Part shown: in pieces, positions 26,147-35,005 of the stretch
Layout of the letters: each line of letters opens with the position of its first letter
Position numbering within the stretch: the first letter of the stretch is position 1
NCBI GenBank assembly: GCA_012514975.1
Contig: JAAYZF010000159.1
Location: forward strand, 1-55,625
Direction: 5' to 3'
Length of the DNA stretch: 55,625 nucleotides
Origin: a bacterium
GTDB lineage: Bacteria; Auribacterota; UBA3054; JAAYZF01
Notes under the pieces: model-generated
Told to the model about the DNA's origin: nothing
The model's database searches: none
The model's input: the letters and a program-made list of their open reading frames with translations, nothing else
Program-made: the position numbers and the translations under genes

Positions 26147-27514
26147 CTATTTGACCGGGATGCCGAGCTTCTCCATTTTCCGGTAGAGTGTGGCGAGGTC
26201 GATGTCCAGGATGCGCGCGGCGAGCTTCTTGTTGCCACTGGTCTCGGCAAGCACGCGCTCGATGTGCGCTTTCTCCGTCTCCTCGACGACGGCGCGGAGT
26301 TCGCGGCGGGAGGTGATGCTTTCGTCGGGGCGGAAGTTGATGATGTTGTCGGGCAGGTCCTCTGCATGCAGGGCGTTGCCGTCAGCCAGAGCGACGCAAC
26401 GTTCAACGACATTCTCGAGCTCGCGTATATTGCCGGGCCAGCTATAGGAGGAGAATGCGTCGAGGAATTTCCTGTCCGGACGGTATTTTTTGCCGGCGCG
26501 CTCGCCGGCGCGGGCGAGGAAATGCTGGACGAGGAGCTGGATGTCATCGCCGCGTTCACGGAGCGGCGGCAGGTGGATGGGGATGACGCTGAGGCGGTAG
26601 AACAGGTCTTCCCTGAACGAGCCTTCCTTGACTTTCTGCGCGAGGTCCTCGTTGGTGGCGACGATGACGCGGACGTCCACCTTGAAGTCCTGCGTATCGC
26701 CGACGCGCCGCACTTCGCGCTCCTGGATGACGCGCAGGAGGCGCATCTGCAGCGCGGGCGACGTGAGGCCGATCTCGTCGAGGAAGATCGTGCCGCCGTC
26801 GGCGGCCTGGAAGAGCCCCTTCTTGTCCGTGGTCGCGCCGGTGAACGCGCCTTTGACGTAGCCGAACAGCTCGGATTCCAGCAGTGTCTCGGGCAGGGCG
26901 CCGCAGTTGACGGAGACGAAGGGGCGGTTGTGGCGTCGGCTGTTGAGATAGATGGCCTTGGCGACGAGCTCCTTGCCCGTGCCGCTCTCGCCGGTGATGA
27001 GCACGGTGGCGTCCGAGTCGGCAACCTTGCGGATGAGTTCGAACACGCGCTGCATGGCGGAGCTGTTGCCGACGATGTTGCTGAGGTCGAATTTCTGTTT
27101 GAGGAGGACTTTGAGCTGGTCGTTCTCGATGATGGTGGCGCGGTATTCGAGGGCACGGCGGACGACGAGTTTGAGCTCCGAGAGCTTGAAGGGCTTGATG
27201 ATGTAGTCGTACGCGCCGGTCTTCATGGCCTCGACCGCGGTTTCGACCGTGGCAAAGGCGGTGATCATCAGCACCTGCAGATTCGGGTCCGTCTCCTTGC
27301 AGCGGCGCAGGACGTCCATGCCGCCGATCGGTTCCATCTTCAGGTCGGTAAGGACCAGATCGAACGTACGCGCGGCGAGGAGCCCCTCGACGTCGGTCGG
27401 CTTGTCGGTGGCGGTGACGTCATATCCCTCGCTCAGCAGGGCGCTGCGCATTACTTCGACGATGTTGAGCTCGTCATCAACGACGAGGATGGCTGGTTTT
27501 TTCTGAGTGTCCAT
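26147..27514 (-). CDS. pilR: Sigma-54-dependent response regulator (NtrC/PilR family)
   Basis: Receiver domain (ILVVDDE...DLVLTDLKMEP), AAA+ domain with GESGTGKE and GAFTGA, and a C-terminal Fis-type HTH. Sits next to a PilS-like kinase and pilBC. Confidence 0.85.
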   Translation of the reverse strand: MDTQKKPAILVVDDELNIVEVMRSALLSEGYDVTATDKPTDVEGLLAARTFDLVLTDLKMEPIGGMDVLRRCKETDPNLQVLMITAFATVETAVEAMKTGAYDYIIKPFKLSELKLVVRRALEYRATIIENDQLKVLLKQKFDLSNIVGNSSAMQRVFELIRKVADSDATVLITGESGTGKELVAKAIYLNSRRHNRPFVSVNCGALPETLLESELFGYVKGAFTGATTDKKGLFQAADGGTIFLDEIGLTSPALQMRLLRVIQEREVRRVGDTQDFKVDVRVIVATNEDLAQKVKEGSFREDLFYRLSVIPIHLPPLRERGDDIQLLVQHFLARAGERAGKKYRPDRKFLDAFSSYSWPGNIRELENVVERCVALADGNALHAEDLPDNIINFRPDESITSRRELRAVVEETEKAHIERVLAETSGNKKLAARILDIDLATLYRKMEKLGIPVK

Positions 27515-27524
27515 AGCGGTCTTG

Positions 27525-29126
27525 TCACGTCACGGGAAGAAGGATGTGAAACGTCGTGCCGGCGCCGTCCGCGGTTTCAAAGGAAATCTCGCCGCGGTGG
27601 CCCTGGATGACGTTCTGCGCCACAAAGAGCCCGATGCCGGAGCCGTGGTCCTTGGTCGAGAAGAACGGCTGGAAGACGCGGGATTGGATCGCGGCGGGCA
27701 TGCCGCGCCCGGTGTCGCGGATGAACACCTCGACCATGCCGTCCCGCGTGGCGCGCGTGGCGGCCACTTCGAGTTCGCCGCCGTCGGGCATCGCATCGAG
27801 CGCGTTCATCCCGATGTTCAGCAGCGCCTGCCTGAGCTGCTTGCCGTCGCCCTTGATGACCAGCGGCTCCGGGAGCTCCCGGCAGACCAGTTTGATGTTC
27901 GGGTTGAACTTCCCGCTGCGGTAGAGCATGACGACCACGTCCATCATCAGCTCGTTCACGTCAACGCTGCCAATCTCCATCGTGCGCAGGCGGGTAAAGG
28001 AGAGGAAGTCCTCGACGATGGCGTCGAGCCGCTCGACTTCGCGGACGATGATGCCCGCGAGATGCTTCGAGTCCTCGTCGACGACCTTGTCCTGAAGCAG
28101 CTCGGCCGAGCCGCTCATCGAGGCCAGCGGGTTGCGGATTTCGTGGGCAATGGTGGAGGAGAGATCGACGATGGCATGCAGCCGTTCCGCGTCCCGCATG
28201 GTGCGCTCGCCGGCGCGCTGGTCGCGCAGGTCGCGGAACAGGACGATGTTGAACCGGGCCCGGCCGTGCGGCTGCTCGATGGGCGCGAACGTCACGGCGA
28301 GGGGGCATTCCTCGCCGTTGCGGTTGACGGCGACGAGCTCGGCTTCCTGCCCCTTGAGCAGCGCGTCGCGCCGCTCGGCGCTCTCGATCCGGTCGACGCC
28401 GAGCGCCTGCCGCCAGTCAAGCCCGGCAAGCCCGCCGGCCGCGCAGGCAAGGATGCGCTCCGCCGCCGGATTGGCGTAGGTGATCCTCCCCTCATCCGTC
28501 GTCATCAGCATGCCGGTGGCGATGCGGCTGAAGACGTAGCTGCTCTGCAGCTCGAGGTGCCGCAGCTCCTCGGTCTTCTCGCGCAGGAGCTTGCCAAGAT
28601 AGTTCGAGAGATAGCCCACGCCGCAGAACACGGTCACATACATGTACGTGACGTAGAACGCATAGTCCGGCGCGAGCCCGCCGAAGGACGCGGGCTCGCG
28701 GCGGAAGAAGTAGAGCACGGAACCGACGTAGAGCACCGATGCAACGACTGCGGTGATCCACCCGCCGTGCCGCGGGAAGACGAACGTCGAGAGAATGATC
28801 GCCAGGACGTAGAGATTGCTGTACACATCGCGCACGGGATCATTCTCGAGCACGATCGACGTGATCGCCAGCAGGTCGATCGCGATCTGGAACACGCCGA
28901 AGAAGACATAGTGCCGCGTGCGCTGGATGAAGACGATGTACAGCAGCGAGATGGTGTAGTAGAAGTAGATGTAGTAGTAGAACGTGCCGAACGTGATGTT
29001 CAGCAGGCCGACGCCGGCCATGAGGCTGATCGTGATGACGGCCAGCCTGATGGTCATCAGCCACTGCAGCCTGGTGCGGAGGAAGAGCTGTTCGGCGCCG
29101 GAGACCACGCAATCCTCACGAGACAA
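27525..29126 (-). CDS. pilS: Membrane sensor histidine kinase (PilS-like)
   Basis: N-terminal polytopic membrane region, a PAS-like segment, the H-box HEIRNPLASM, and an HATPase region (DTGRGMP, GSGIGL). The track start is TTG 29126, with GTG 29108 as an alternative. Confidence 0.8.
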   Translation of the reverse strand: MSREDCVVSGAEQLFLRTRLQWLMTIRLAVITISLMAGVGLLNITFGTFYYYIYFYYTISLLYIVFIQRTRHYVFFGVFQIAIDLLAITSIVLENDPVRDVYSNLYVLAIILSTFVFPRHGGWITAVVASVLYVGSVLYFFRREPASFGGLAPDYAFYVTYMYVTVFCGVGYLSNYLGKLLREKTEELRHLELQSSYVFSRIATGMLMTTDEGRITYANPAAERILACAAGGLAGLDWRQALGVDRIESAERRDALLKGQEAELVAVNRNGEECPLAVTFAPIEQPHGRARFNIVLFRDLRDQRAGERTMRDAERLHAIVDLSSTIAHEIRNPLASMSGSAELLQDKVVDEDSKHLAGIIVREVERLDAIVEDFLSFTRLRTMEIGSVDVNELMMDVVVMLYRSGKFNPNIKLVCRELPEPLVIKGDGKQLRQALLNIGMNALDAMPDGGELEVAATRATRDGMVEVFIRDTGRGMPAAIQSRVFQPFFSTKDHGSGIGLFVAQNVIQGHRGEISFETADGAGTTFHILLPVT

Positions 29127-30318
29127 TGTTGGACAACTGGAAGATCGGCAGGAACATCGACAGGACGATGCCGCCCACGACGACGCCGAGGAAGACGATG
29201 AGCATCGGCTCGATCAGCGCCGTGAGCCCCGCGACCGCCGTGTTCACCTGGTCGGTGTAGAAGGCGGCGACGCGCTTGAGCATCACATCCAGCCGGCCGG
29301 TCGTCTCGCCCACCTCGATCATCTTCGTGACCATGCGGGGCATGTACTTGGAGGCGCGCATGGCATCGGCTATCGGCTCGCCCTTTTCCGTGCGCCGCAT
29401 GGCGTCGCGGAGGACGTTGTTGATCAGCTCGTTGCCGGACGAGTCGGAGACGATCTCGAGCGAACGGATGATCGGCACGCCGCTCTCCACCAGGGCGGCC
29501 AGCGTTGACGTGAAGCGCGCGACGGCGATCTTCTGCATCAGCACACCGAGGATGGGGAGGCGGAACTTGAGCTGGTCGAACAGCAGGCGGCCGGCCGGCG
29601 TCTTGGCATACCACCGCAGCAGGAAGAACAGCCCGATCACCACTCCCAGCATGACGAACCCCCAGGTGCGCATCAGCCGGCTCAGCGCGATGAGCATCTG
29701 CGTCGGCAGCGGCAGCGGCGCGCCAAAATCCGCGAACATCTTCTCGAACACGGGGATGATCTTCACAATGAGGAACACCGTGATGCCAATGGCGATGAAC
29801 ACGATGACCGTCGGATACGTCATTGCCGATTTGACTTTGCGGCGGAGGGCGGCGGCGTTCTCCATGTACGTCGACAGCCGGTCCAGGATCTCGGAAAGGA
29901 ACCCGCCCGCCTCGCCCGCGCGGACCATGCTGATGAACAGCTTGTCGAACACGAGCGGATGATTGGCGAGCGATTCCGAGAAGCTCTGCCCGCGCGTCAC
30001 GTCCTCGACGAGCGCGTGCATGACTTCGCGGAATCTGCCGGGCTCGGCCTGGTCCTCAAGCGTCTGCAGGCACTGGAGCAGCGGCAGCCCGGCGTCGATC
30101 ATCGTCGCGAGCTGGCGCACGGCGAGCACCAGGTCCTCGTTCTTCACCTTCCTGCCGCGCCGCCACCGGTGGGCGGCCGCGGGCGGCTCCTCGATGATCG
30201 AAAGGATAAGGAAGCCCTTGGCCGAGAGCAGATCGATGAGCTGCGCCTGCGACTCGGCCTCGATGCGCTCGGCTTTGACATTGGCGCCGGCGCGGTATGT
30301 GCAACGGAATATCTTCAT
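29116..30318 (-). CDS. pilC: Type IV pilus assembly / T2SS platform protein (PilC/GspF family)
   Basis: 400 aa with two T2SSF repeats and three hydrophobic segments. Adjacent to the PilB-type ATPase. Confidence 0.88.
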   Translation of the reverse strand: MKIFRCTYRAGANVKAERIEAESQAQLIDLLSAKGFLILSIIEEPPAAAHRWRRGRKVKNEDLVLAVRQLATMIDAGLPLLQCLQTLEDQAEPGRFREVMHALVEDVTRGQSFSESLANHPLVFDKLFISMVRAGEAGGFLSEILDRLSTYMENAAALRRKVKSAMTYPTVIVFIAIGITVFLIVKIIPVFEKMFADFGAPLPLPTQMLIALSRLMRTWGFVMLGVVIGLFFLLRWYAKTPAGRLLFDQLKFRLPILGVLMQKIAVARFTSTLAALVESGVPIIRSLEIVSDSSGNELINNVLRDAMRRTEKGEPIADAMRASKYMPRMVTKMIEVGETTGRLDVMLKRVAAFYTDQVNTAVAGLTALIEPMLIVFLGVVVGGIVLSMFLPIFQLSNIVS

Positions 30319-30333
30319 GAACTGTCCAGCAGG

Positions 30334-32052
30334 TTAGTCGGATGCCGTCACGCGGAGCACTTCCTCGAGGGAGGTCAGGCCCTGCGCGGCGCGCATGAGG
30401 CCGACCCGGCGAAGCGTGTACATGCCCTGCTCGATGGCGAACCGTTTGATTTTCGAGGCATCCGTGTTCGTCAGGATCATGCGGCGCAGGTCTTCGTTGA
30501 CGATGAGCGCCTCGTTGATGGCCGTGCGGCCCGAGTAGCCGGTCTGGCGGCAGTAGGGGCAGCCCACGGGCTTGAAGAAGGTGGGCGTTTCGCCGGGCAT
30601 GGCCTTGAACTGCGCGCGTTCGAGCACCACGGGGTCGACGGTCGCCGGCTTCTTGCAGCGGGTGCACAGCCGGCGTGCAAGGCGCTGCGCGGCGATGAGA
30701 TTCACGGCCGAGGCGACAAGGTAGGGCTCGACGCCCATGTCGGTGATGCGGGCGAACGCGCTTGCCGCGTCGTTCGTGTGGATCGTGGTGAGCACGAGGT
30801 GCCCGGTGAGCGCGGCCTTGATCGCGATGTCCGCCGTCTCGAAGTCGCGCACCTCGCCCACCATGACGATATCAGGGTCCTGCCGCAGGATGGAGCGAAG
30901 GCCCGCGGCGAACGTGAGCTCGATGTCCGGGTTCACCTGCACCTGGTTGATGCCGGGGAACTGGTACTCGACGGGGTCTTCGACCGTCACGATGTTGACG
31001 CCGGGCTGGTTGAGGCGCTGGAGGCAGGCGTAGAGCGTGGTGGTCTTGCCGCTGCCCGTCGGGCCGGTGACGAAGATCATGCCGTGCGGCGCATCGAGCG
31101 CCTCCTTGAACCGCGCGAGGCTGTGCTCGTCCATCCCGATCTTGTCGATGTCCATGTTCTGGTAGGACTTGTCGAGGATGCGCATCACGATCTTCTCGCC
31201 ATGGACGGTCGGCAGGGAAGAGACGCGGAAGTCGACTTCGCGGCCCTTGGTGCGGATGCGGAACCGCCCGTCCTGCGGCAGCCGGCGCTCAGAGATGTCG
31301 AGCTGGGACATGACCTTGATGCGCGAGATGATCGCGCGGAGCATGGCGAACGGCGGGCTCGGGCGCTCGTAGAGCACGCCGTCAATGCGGTACCGGACGC
31401 CCATGCGCTTCTCGAACGGCTCGATGTGGATGTCGCTGGCGCGTTCATCGATGGCCTGCGTGAGGATCACGTTGACGAGCTTGACGACGGGCGCCGCGTT
31501 CGTCTCCTCGCGCATCCGGTCGATGTTGATCTCCTGCGTCGCGACGACGGCCTCGGTGACGTCCTCTTCGCCGAGATCGGCGATGATCTCCTCGAACCGC
31601 TCGGCCTGGTGGTAGTGCTTGTCGAGCGTGGCCTGGATGTCGGACGGCAGCGCGACGACGGGAATGACTTTCAGGTTCGTCATCAGGGCGATGTCGTCCA
31701 CGGCGAAGACGTTGAGCGGGTCGGCCATGGCGACCGTCAGGTAGCCGCCGACGCGACCGACCGGCACGGCCTTGTAGTAGAGCGCCACCTTCTCGGGCAC
31801 GAGCTCAAGCGTCTCCTGGTCGCAGGTGATCGTATCGAGCGACACGGGGGGCACATGGCACTGGCGCGCATAGCAGCCCAGCAACTGCTTCTCGGTGACG
31901 AGGCCGCGCGAGACGAGAAGCTCGCACTGTGATCCCCCGCGCAACTGCTGCTCGCGGAGCACGTCGAGCCGCTGGTCAATCGTGATCAACCCGCTTTCGA
32001 CGAGGACGTCGGCGAGTGAATCGGGAAAACTGGTGCTCGGTGCAGCGCTCAT
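30334..32052 (-). CDS. pilB: Type IV pilus assembly ATPase (PilB/GspE family)
   Basis: N-terminal T2SSE_N-like region, Walker A GPTGSGKTTT, and a tetracysteine cluster (CTRCKK...GCPYC). The ATG at 32052 gives an ATGA overlap with the upstream gene. An alternative ATG at 32091 would overlap by 43 nt. Confidence 0.9.
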   Translation of the reverse strand: MSAAPSTSFPDSLADVLVESGLITIDQRLDVLREQQLRGGSQCELLVSRGLVTEKQLLGCYARQCHVPPVSLDTITCDQETLELVPEKVALYYKAVPVGRVGGYLTVAMADPLNVFAVDDIALMTNLKVIPVVALPSDIQATLDKHYHQAERFEEIIADLGEEDVTEAVVATQEINIDRMREETNAAPVVKLVNVILTQAIDERASDIHIEPFEKRMGVRYRIDGVLYERPSPPFAMLRAIISRIKVMSQLDISERRLPQDGRFRIRTKGREVDFRVSSLPTVHGEKIVMRILDKSYQNMDIDKIGMDEHSLARFKEALDAPHGMIFVTGPTGSGKTTTLYACLQRLNQPGVNIVTVEDPVEYQFPGINQVQVNPDIELTFAAGLRSILRQDPDIVMVGEVRDFETADIAIKAALTGHLVLTTIHTNDAASAFARITDMGVEPYLVASAVNLIAAQRLARRLCTRCKKPATVDPVVLERAQFKAMPGETPTFFKPVGCPYCRQTGYSGRTAINEALIVNEDLRRMILTNTDASKIKRFAIEQGMYTLRRVGLMRAAQGLTSLEEVLRVTASD

Positions 32053-32507
32053 GTCGTACGCGTCTTCTCCTCCGCCAGCCGCCGCATGCATTCACGCCAT
32101 TCGCTGACGCGGCAGACGAACAGGAGGACTTCCTGGTATTTCGAGTTCCGGCTTCTCAGCAGTTCCGGCTGGAACGGGTTGGGCGTCGCGAGTGTCAGCA
32201 CGGGCCCAAGGCGGTCGACCGGGAAGCACTCGAAGGAGGTCATGAAATCCGCGGTGAACTCGTGCAGCAGCTCCTCGTTCGGCGCAACCTGGAGCAGCGG
32301 CAGATAGGGCAGCCCCGTCTCGGCGAGGACAAGCTGGAGAAGCTCGTTCTCCGTGAGACAGCCCGCGTCGACAAAATGCCCCGCCCAGCCGCCACCCTCG
32401 GCCGCGCGCACACGCTGGATTTCCGCAAGCTGCTCATCCTGGATCTTGCCGCGCTCGCGCAGGATCGTGTCGAGCGGCTTCCTCACCCATTGCGGTGCCG
32501 TTGCCAT
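32049..32507 (-). CDS. Stand-alone T2SSE_N (GspE/PilB N-terminal) domain protein
   Basis: 152 aa. LDTILRERGKIQDEQLAEI...LTENELLQLVLAETGLPYLPL...CFPVDRLGPVLTLATPNPF follows the GspE/MshE N-domain pattern. No ATPase domain. Confidence 0.7.
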   Translation of the reverse strand: MATAPQWVRKPLDTILRERGKIQDEQLAEIQRVRAAEGGGWAGHFVDAGCLTENELLQLVLAETGLPYLPLLQVAPNEELLHEFTADFMTSFECFPVDRLGPVLTLATPNPFQPELLRSRNSKYQEVLLFVCRVSEWRECMRRLAEEKTRTT

Positions 32508-33325
32508 CAGCGCACCCCCCTGTGCTCAAATGAATCCAGGAGCTGCCGCACGGTGACCGCATCCGTCGGATGGCTCCACGCGCCGATGAGCACCTGGCTG
32601 TTATGCGGGGGAGGGAGCGCCTGCTGCATCGCTTCGGCGATTGTCTTCACCTGCTGCGGATTGCGCCGTGTCACCCAGCCGACCCAGTAGCCGGCATCGG
32701 CGCGGCAGATCGCGTCGGGCACGCAGTTGACGCGCTTGAGCATCTCATAGAGCCACTGGGGAACACGCGTGTCGTCCGCTGCCTCTTCAGGCGTCACCAG
32801 GCTGTTCCGCCAGGAGAAGAAGCCGACGGGGTAATGGTTGCGTTCAGCCTCGCGCGTGACGTCCTCGACCCGCTGACGCAGCAGCGACGCCGGCACCAGC
32901 GGCGGCAGGCGAAAGCGCAGCGACTGCTGGCGCATCATCGCCCGGTACTGGTCGAGTTTGCGCCGCGCGGTGCGCACCTGGTCGTCCATATAGAGCACGA
33001 GGCGCTCGACGCGGTCAAGTTCGCGCGCGTTGATGTTCCGGCTGGCCGACTGCTCTGAGCCCAGCAGTTCATCCATTGTCCGCGCAATGTCAACGACGCC
33101 CCAGACGGTCGAGCGCATCACCACGAAGCCGACGCAGGCAAGAAAGATGCAGACAAGCAGCAGGATGCACAGCACGGCGTAGATGTCATGGGAGCGCGTG
33201 ACATGCGAGGTCACCACATAGACGCCCGCAAGCAGGGGGATCACGGCCATAAGCGCAAATGCCGTCACCATCCGCAGGCGAACACCGCGCGGCAGCATGA
33301 ACAAATGGCGGATTACATGTTTCAT
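32507..33325 (-). CDS. Two-TM membrane protein with a coiled-coil and a possible degenerate GGDEF-like C-terminal domain
   Basis: Two hydrophobic helices near the N-terminus. The C-terminal segment (VGFFSWRN...ICRADAGYWVGWV...VLIGAWS...) loosely follows GGDEF-domain topology with GGDEF replaced by DAGYW. True ATG at 33325 (track start 33328 is TTG). Confidence 0.55.
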   Translation of the reverse strand: MKHVIRHLFMLPRGVRLRMVTAFALMAVIPLLAGVYVVTSHVTRSHDIYAVLCILLLVCIFLACVGFVVMRSTVWGVVDIARTMDELLGSEQSASRNINARELDRVERLVLYMDDQVRTARRKLDQYRAMMRQQSLRFRLPPLVPASLLRQRVEDVTREAERNHYPVGFFSWRNSLVTPEEAADDTRVPQWLYEMLKRVNCVPDAICRADAGYWVGWVTRRNPQQVKTIAEAMQQALPPPHNSQVLIGAWSHPTDAVTVRQLLDSFEHRGVR

Positions 33326-33400
33326 CAACGCCCCCGGGTGCAGGCAGGGCCAGGGTTATGGCAGGAATGCCGGTTCACGGTCCACAGTCCGTATTGGAGC

Positions 33401-33429
33401 ATGCTACCAAAATCTCCTCTGTTTGTCAA
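33401..33429 (-). promoter_or_regulatory. Sigma-70-like promoter TTGACA-N17-TAGCAT (with TGg extended -10) upstream of the membrane protein/T2SSE_N/pilBC/pilSR block
   Basis: Read on the minus strand, ~70 nt upstream of ATG 33325. Confidence 0.55.
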
Positions 33430-33535
33430 GTCGCAATGATGCAAAAATACGCCGCATGGTTCATTGCAGAGTCATTATGAATAAAGGATTCACAGCGGGC
33501 GTCACCGCATGGCCTCTGTCTCAATTGCGCAAAAA

Positions 33536-33772
33536 TCACACGCCGTCGCCCTTCTGGCGCACCAGGCTGCCACAACGCGGACAGCGCACAAGCCGCTCGT
33601 CCTTGTCGCAGAAGAATTGGTGCAGGCATATGTCGCATGTCGCCAGCACCGCCGACGTGGGGACGAACCTCTTCCGCCGGGCGCGCCATTCGTCGAACAG
33701 CCACAGGCCGAGCAGGCCGGCGAGCGGCAGCATCACATAGAATCCGATCAGTGTTCCAATGGATACCGTCAT
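33536..33772 (-). CDS. Small membrane-anchored zinc-ribbon protein
   Basis: 78 aa. An N-terminal TM helix, then CDIC...CPRC (two CxxC pairs). Its ATG abuts the upstream stop. Confidence 0.6.
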   Translation of the reverse strand: MTVSIGTLIGFYVMLPLAGLLGLWLFDEWRARRKRFVPTSAVLATCDICLHQFFCDKDERLVRCPRCGSLVRQKGDGV

Positions 33773-34432
33773 TCAACGCGTCTTCTCGAACGTGATGGAA
33801 AGCCATGCGGCGGCGGTGCGCCCTGAAGCCGCGCCGTCATCGGGAAGCACTGCGCCGGCCGCCGCGAGCATGCGTTCGGCCATGGCGCGGGCCGCGCGGT
33901 CGAACCGGGGGTCGCCAGACGAGCGCGCAACGGCGATGGCCCGCGCGATACCGCCCGCATCGAGCTGGACACAAAGCAGCGCAGGCCGGAGCGGCACGCC
34001 GTCCGGCGCGGGCGATGACAGGGGCGCCATGGTGTGCGCATGGCGCGCAAGCGCCGGGTCAAGCCGCACTGCCCAGCGTCCGCCCTGGGCTGGAACCGTT
34101 GCCGTCAGCGAGCCCCGTGCGCCGGTTGCAGTGCGGACACCCGTGCCTTCTCCGCCGGGCCACGGTGCCAGGCGCACAGGTTCGGTGGATGGCGGCGTCA
34201 TGGGCGGTTCCTCCAGCCAAAGACGGTGGTTGCCCATGGTGTCGGGCGCGGCGGGGCGCGGCGCGGCACGGGCAAGGACGCGCGCTTCATGCGGCAGCGT
34301 CATGAGGACCAGGGCGGGGCGCACCGCCCATGAGCCCTGCGGCGACGGCGCAACACGCACAAGCAGCAGGAACAGCGCATGGACGCCCACCGCCGCCGCC
34401 AGGCACCACAGTCCTATGTGCCGCGCATTCAT
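33773..34432 (-). CDS. TonB-like protein (TM anchor, Pro-rich spacer, TonB_C-like domain)
   Basis: N-terminal TM (IGLWCLAAAVGVHALFLLLV), a Pro-rich middle, and a C-terminal VARSSGDPRFDRAARAMAER...ITF resembling the TonB C-terminal fold signature. Confidence 0.55.
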   Translation of the reverse strand: MNARHIGLWCLAAAVGVHALFLLLVRVAPSPQGSWAVRPALVLMTLPHEARVLARAAPRPAAPDTMGNHRLWLEEPPMTPPSTEPVRLAPWPGGEGTGVRTATGARGSLTATVPAQGGRWAVRLDPALARHAHTMAPLSSPAPDGVPLRPALLCVQLDAGGIARAIAVARSSGDPRFDRAARAMAERMLAAAGAVLPDDGAASGRTAAAWLSITFEKTR

Positions 34433-34944
34433 TCGGTCATTTCCTGCGGCTTCGCGTAGACCACGTTGGAGAACACCACACCGAGCATCCGCTCAGCCGC
34501 AACCATGTTGCTGAACGTCATGTCCGCGTAGCCTGCGTGGATGTAGCGCGGATATGTCTTGCGTTCAGTAAGATCGATGAGGATTTCCTTGCTGTACAGG
34601 TCGTCGTTCAGGTCGCGGGCGATGGCGCAGCGAACGCCGTCAAGCACGACCAGTTCGCACGCCGCGTTGGTCAGTCGCAAGGGAAATGCCGGAGCGTCGC
34701 CCGCGTGGACACCCAGGATCTGCATGTCATCGTGGAAGAACTGGTACACCGTCTCACCCGGCGGCGTGTTGCTCGCAAGCTCCATGCGCACACCGGCCGG
34801 CAGCGATGCAGCGGCAACCAGCGCGTTCGTCGTCACAGGCTCTTCGCCAAAGGGCACGGCAAGCCGGTCCACCCGGCAGGACACGGCGAACAGCGCGCAG
34901 GTCGCCAGCACCGCGGTCAGAATGCTGTCCTTCTTCGCTGCCAC
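34429..34944 (-). CDS. Hypothetical lipoprotein
   Basis: Track ORF 34429..35028 (GTG start). I prefer the in-frame GTG at 34944, which gives the signal peptide VAAKKDSILTAVLATCALFAVSC with a lipobox. ATGA-type overlap with the downstream gene. No recognisable domain. Confidence 0.5.
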   Translation of the reverse strand: MAAKKDSILTAVLATCALFAVSCRVDRLAVPFGEEPVTTNALVAAASLPAGVRMELASNTPPGETVYQFFHDDMQILGVHAGDAPAFPLRLTNAACELVVLDGVRCAIARDLNDDLYSKEILIDLTERKTYPRYIHAGYADMTFSNMVAAERMLGVVFSNVVYAKPQEMTE

Positions 34945-35005
34945 GTCGCTCGTACAAAGGATCACGCCGCCCGGCCAGGAGCGCCTGCTGGCGGCACTCC
35001 CGCAT

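Noticed and set aside
26128-27156. N-terminal ~340 aa of the 794-aa track ORF 24772..27156
   Set aside because: This part is an out-of-frame read-through across the pilR-like gene (S/T/P/R-rich nonsense). Only the 3' ~451 codons encode RsmB.
27507-31932. Plus-strand ORFs 27507..29201 (564 aa) and 29959..31932 (657 aa)
   Set aside because: They are antisense to pilS, pilC and pilB. The sequences are repetitive and D/E/R/H/G/L-rich without motifs.
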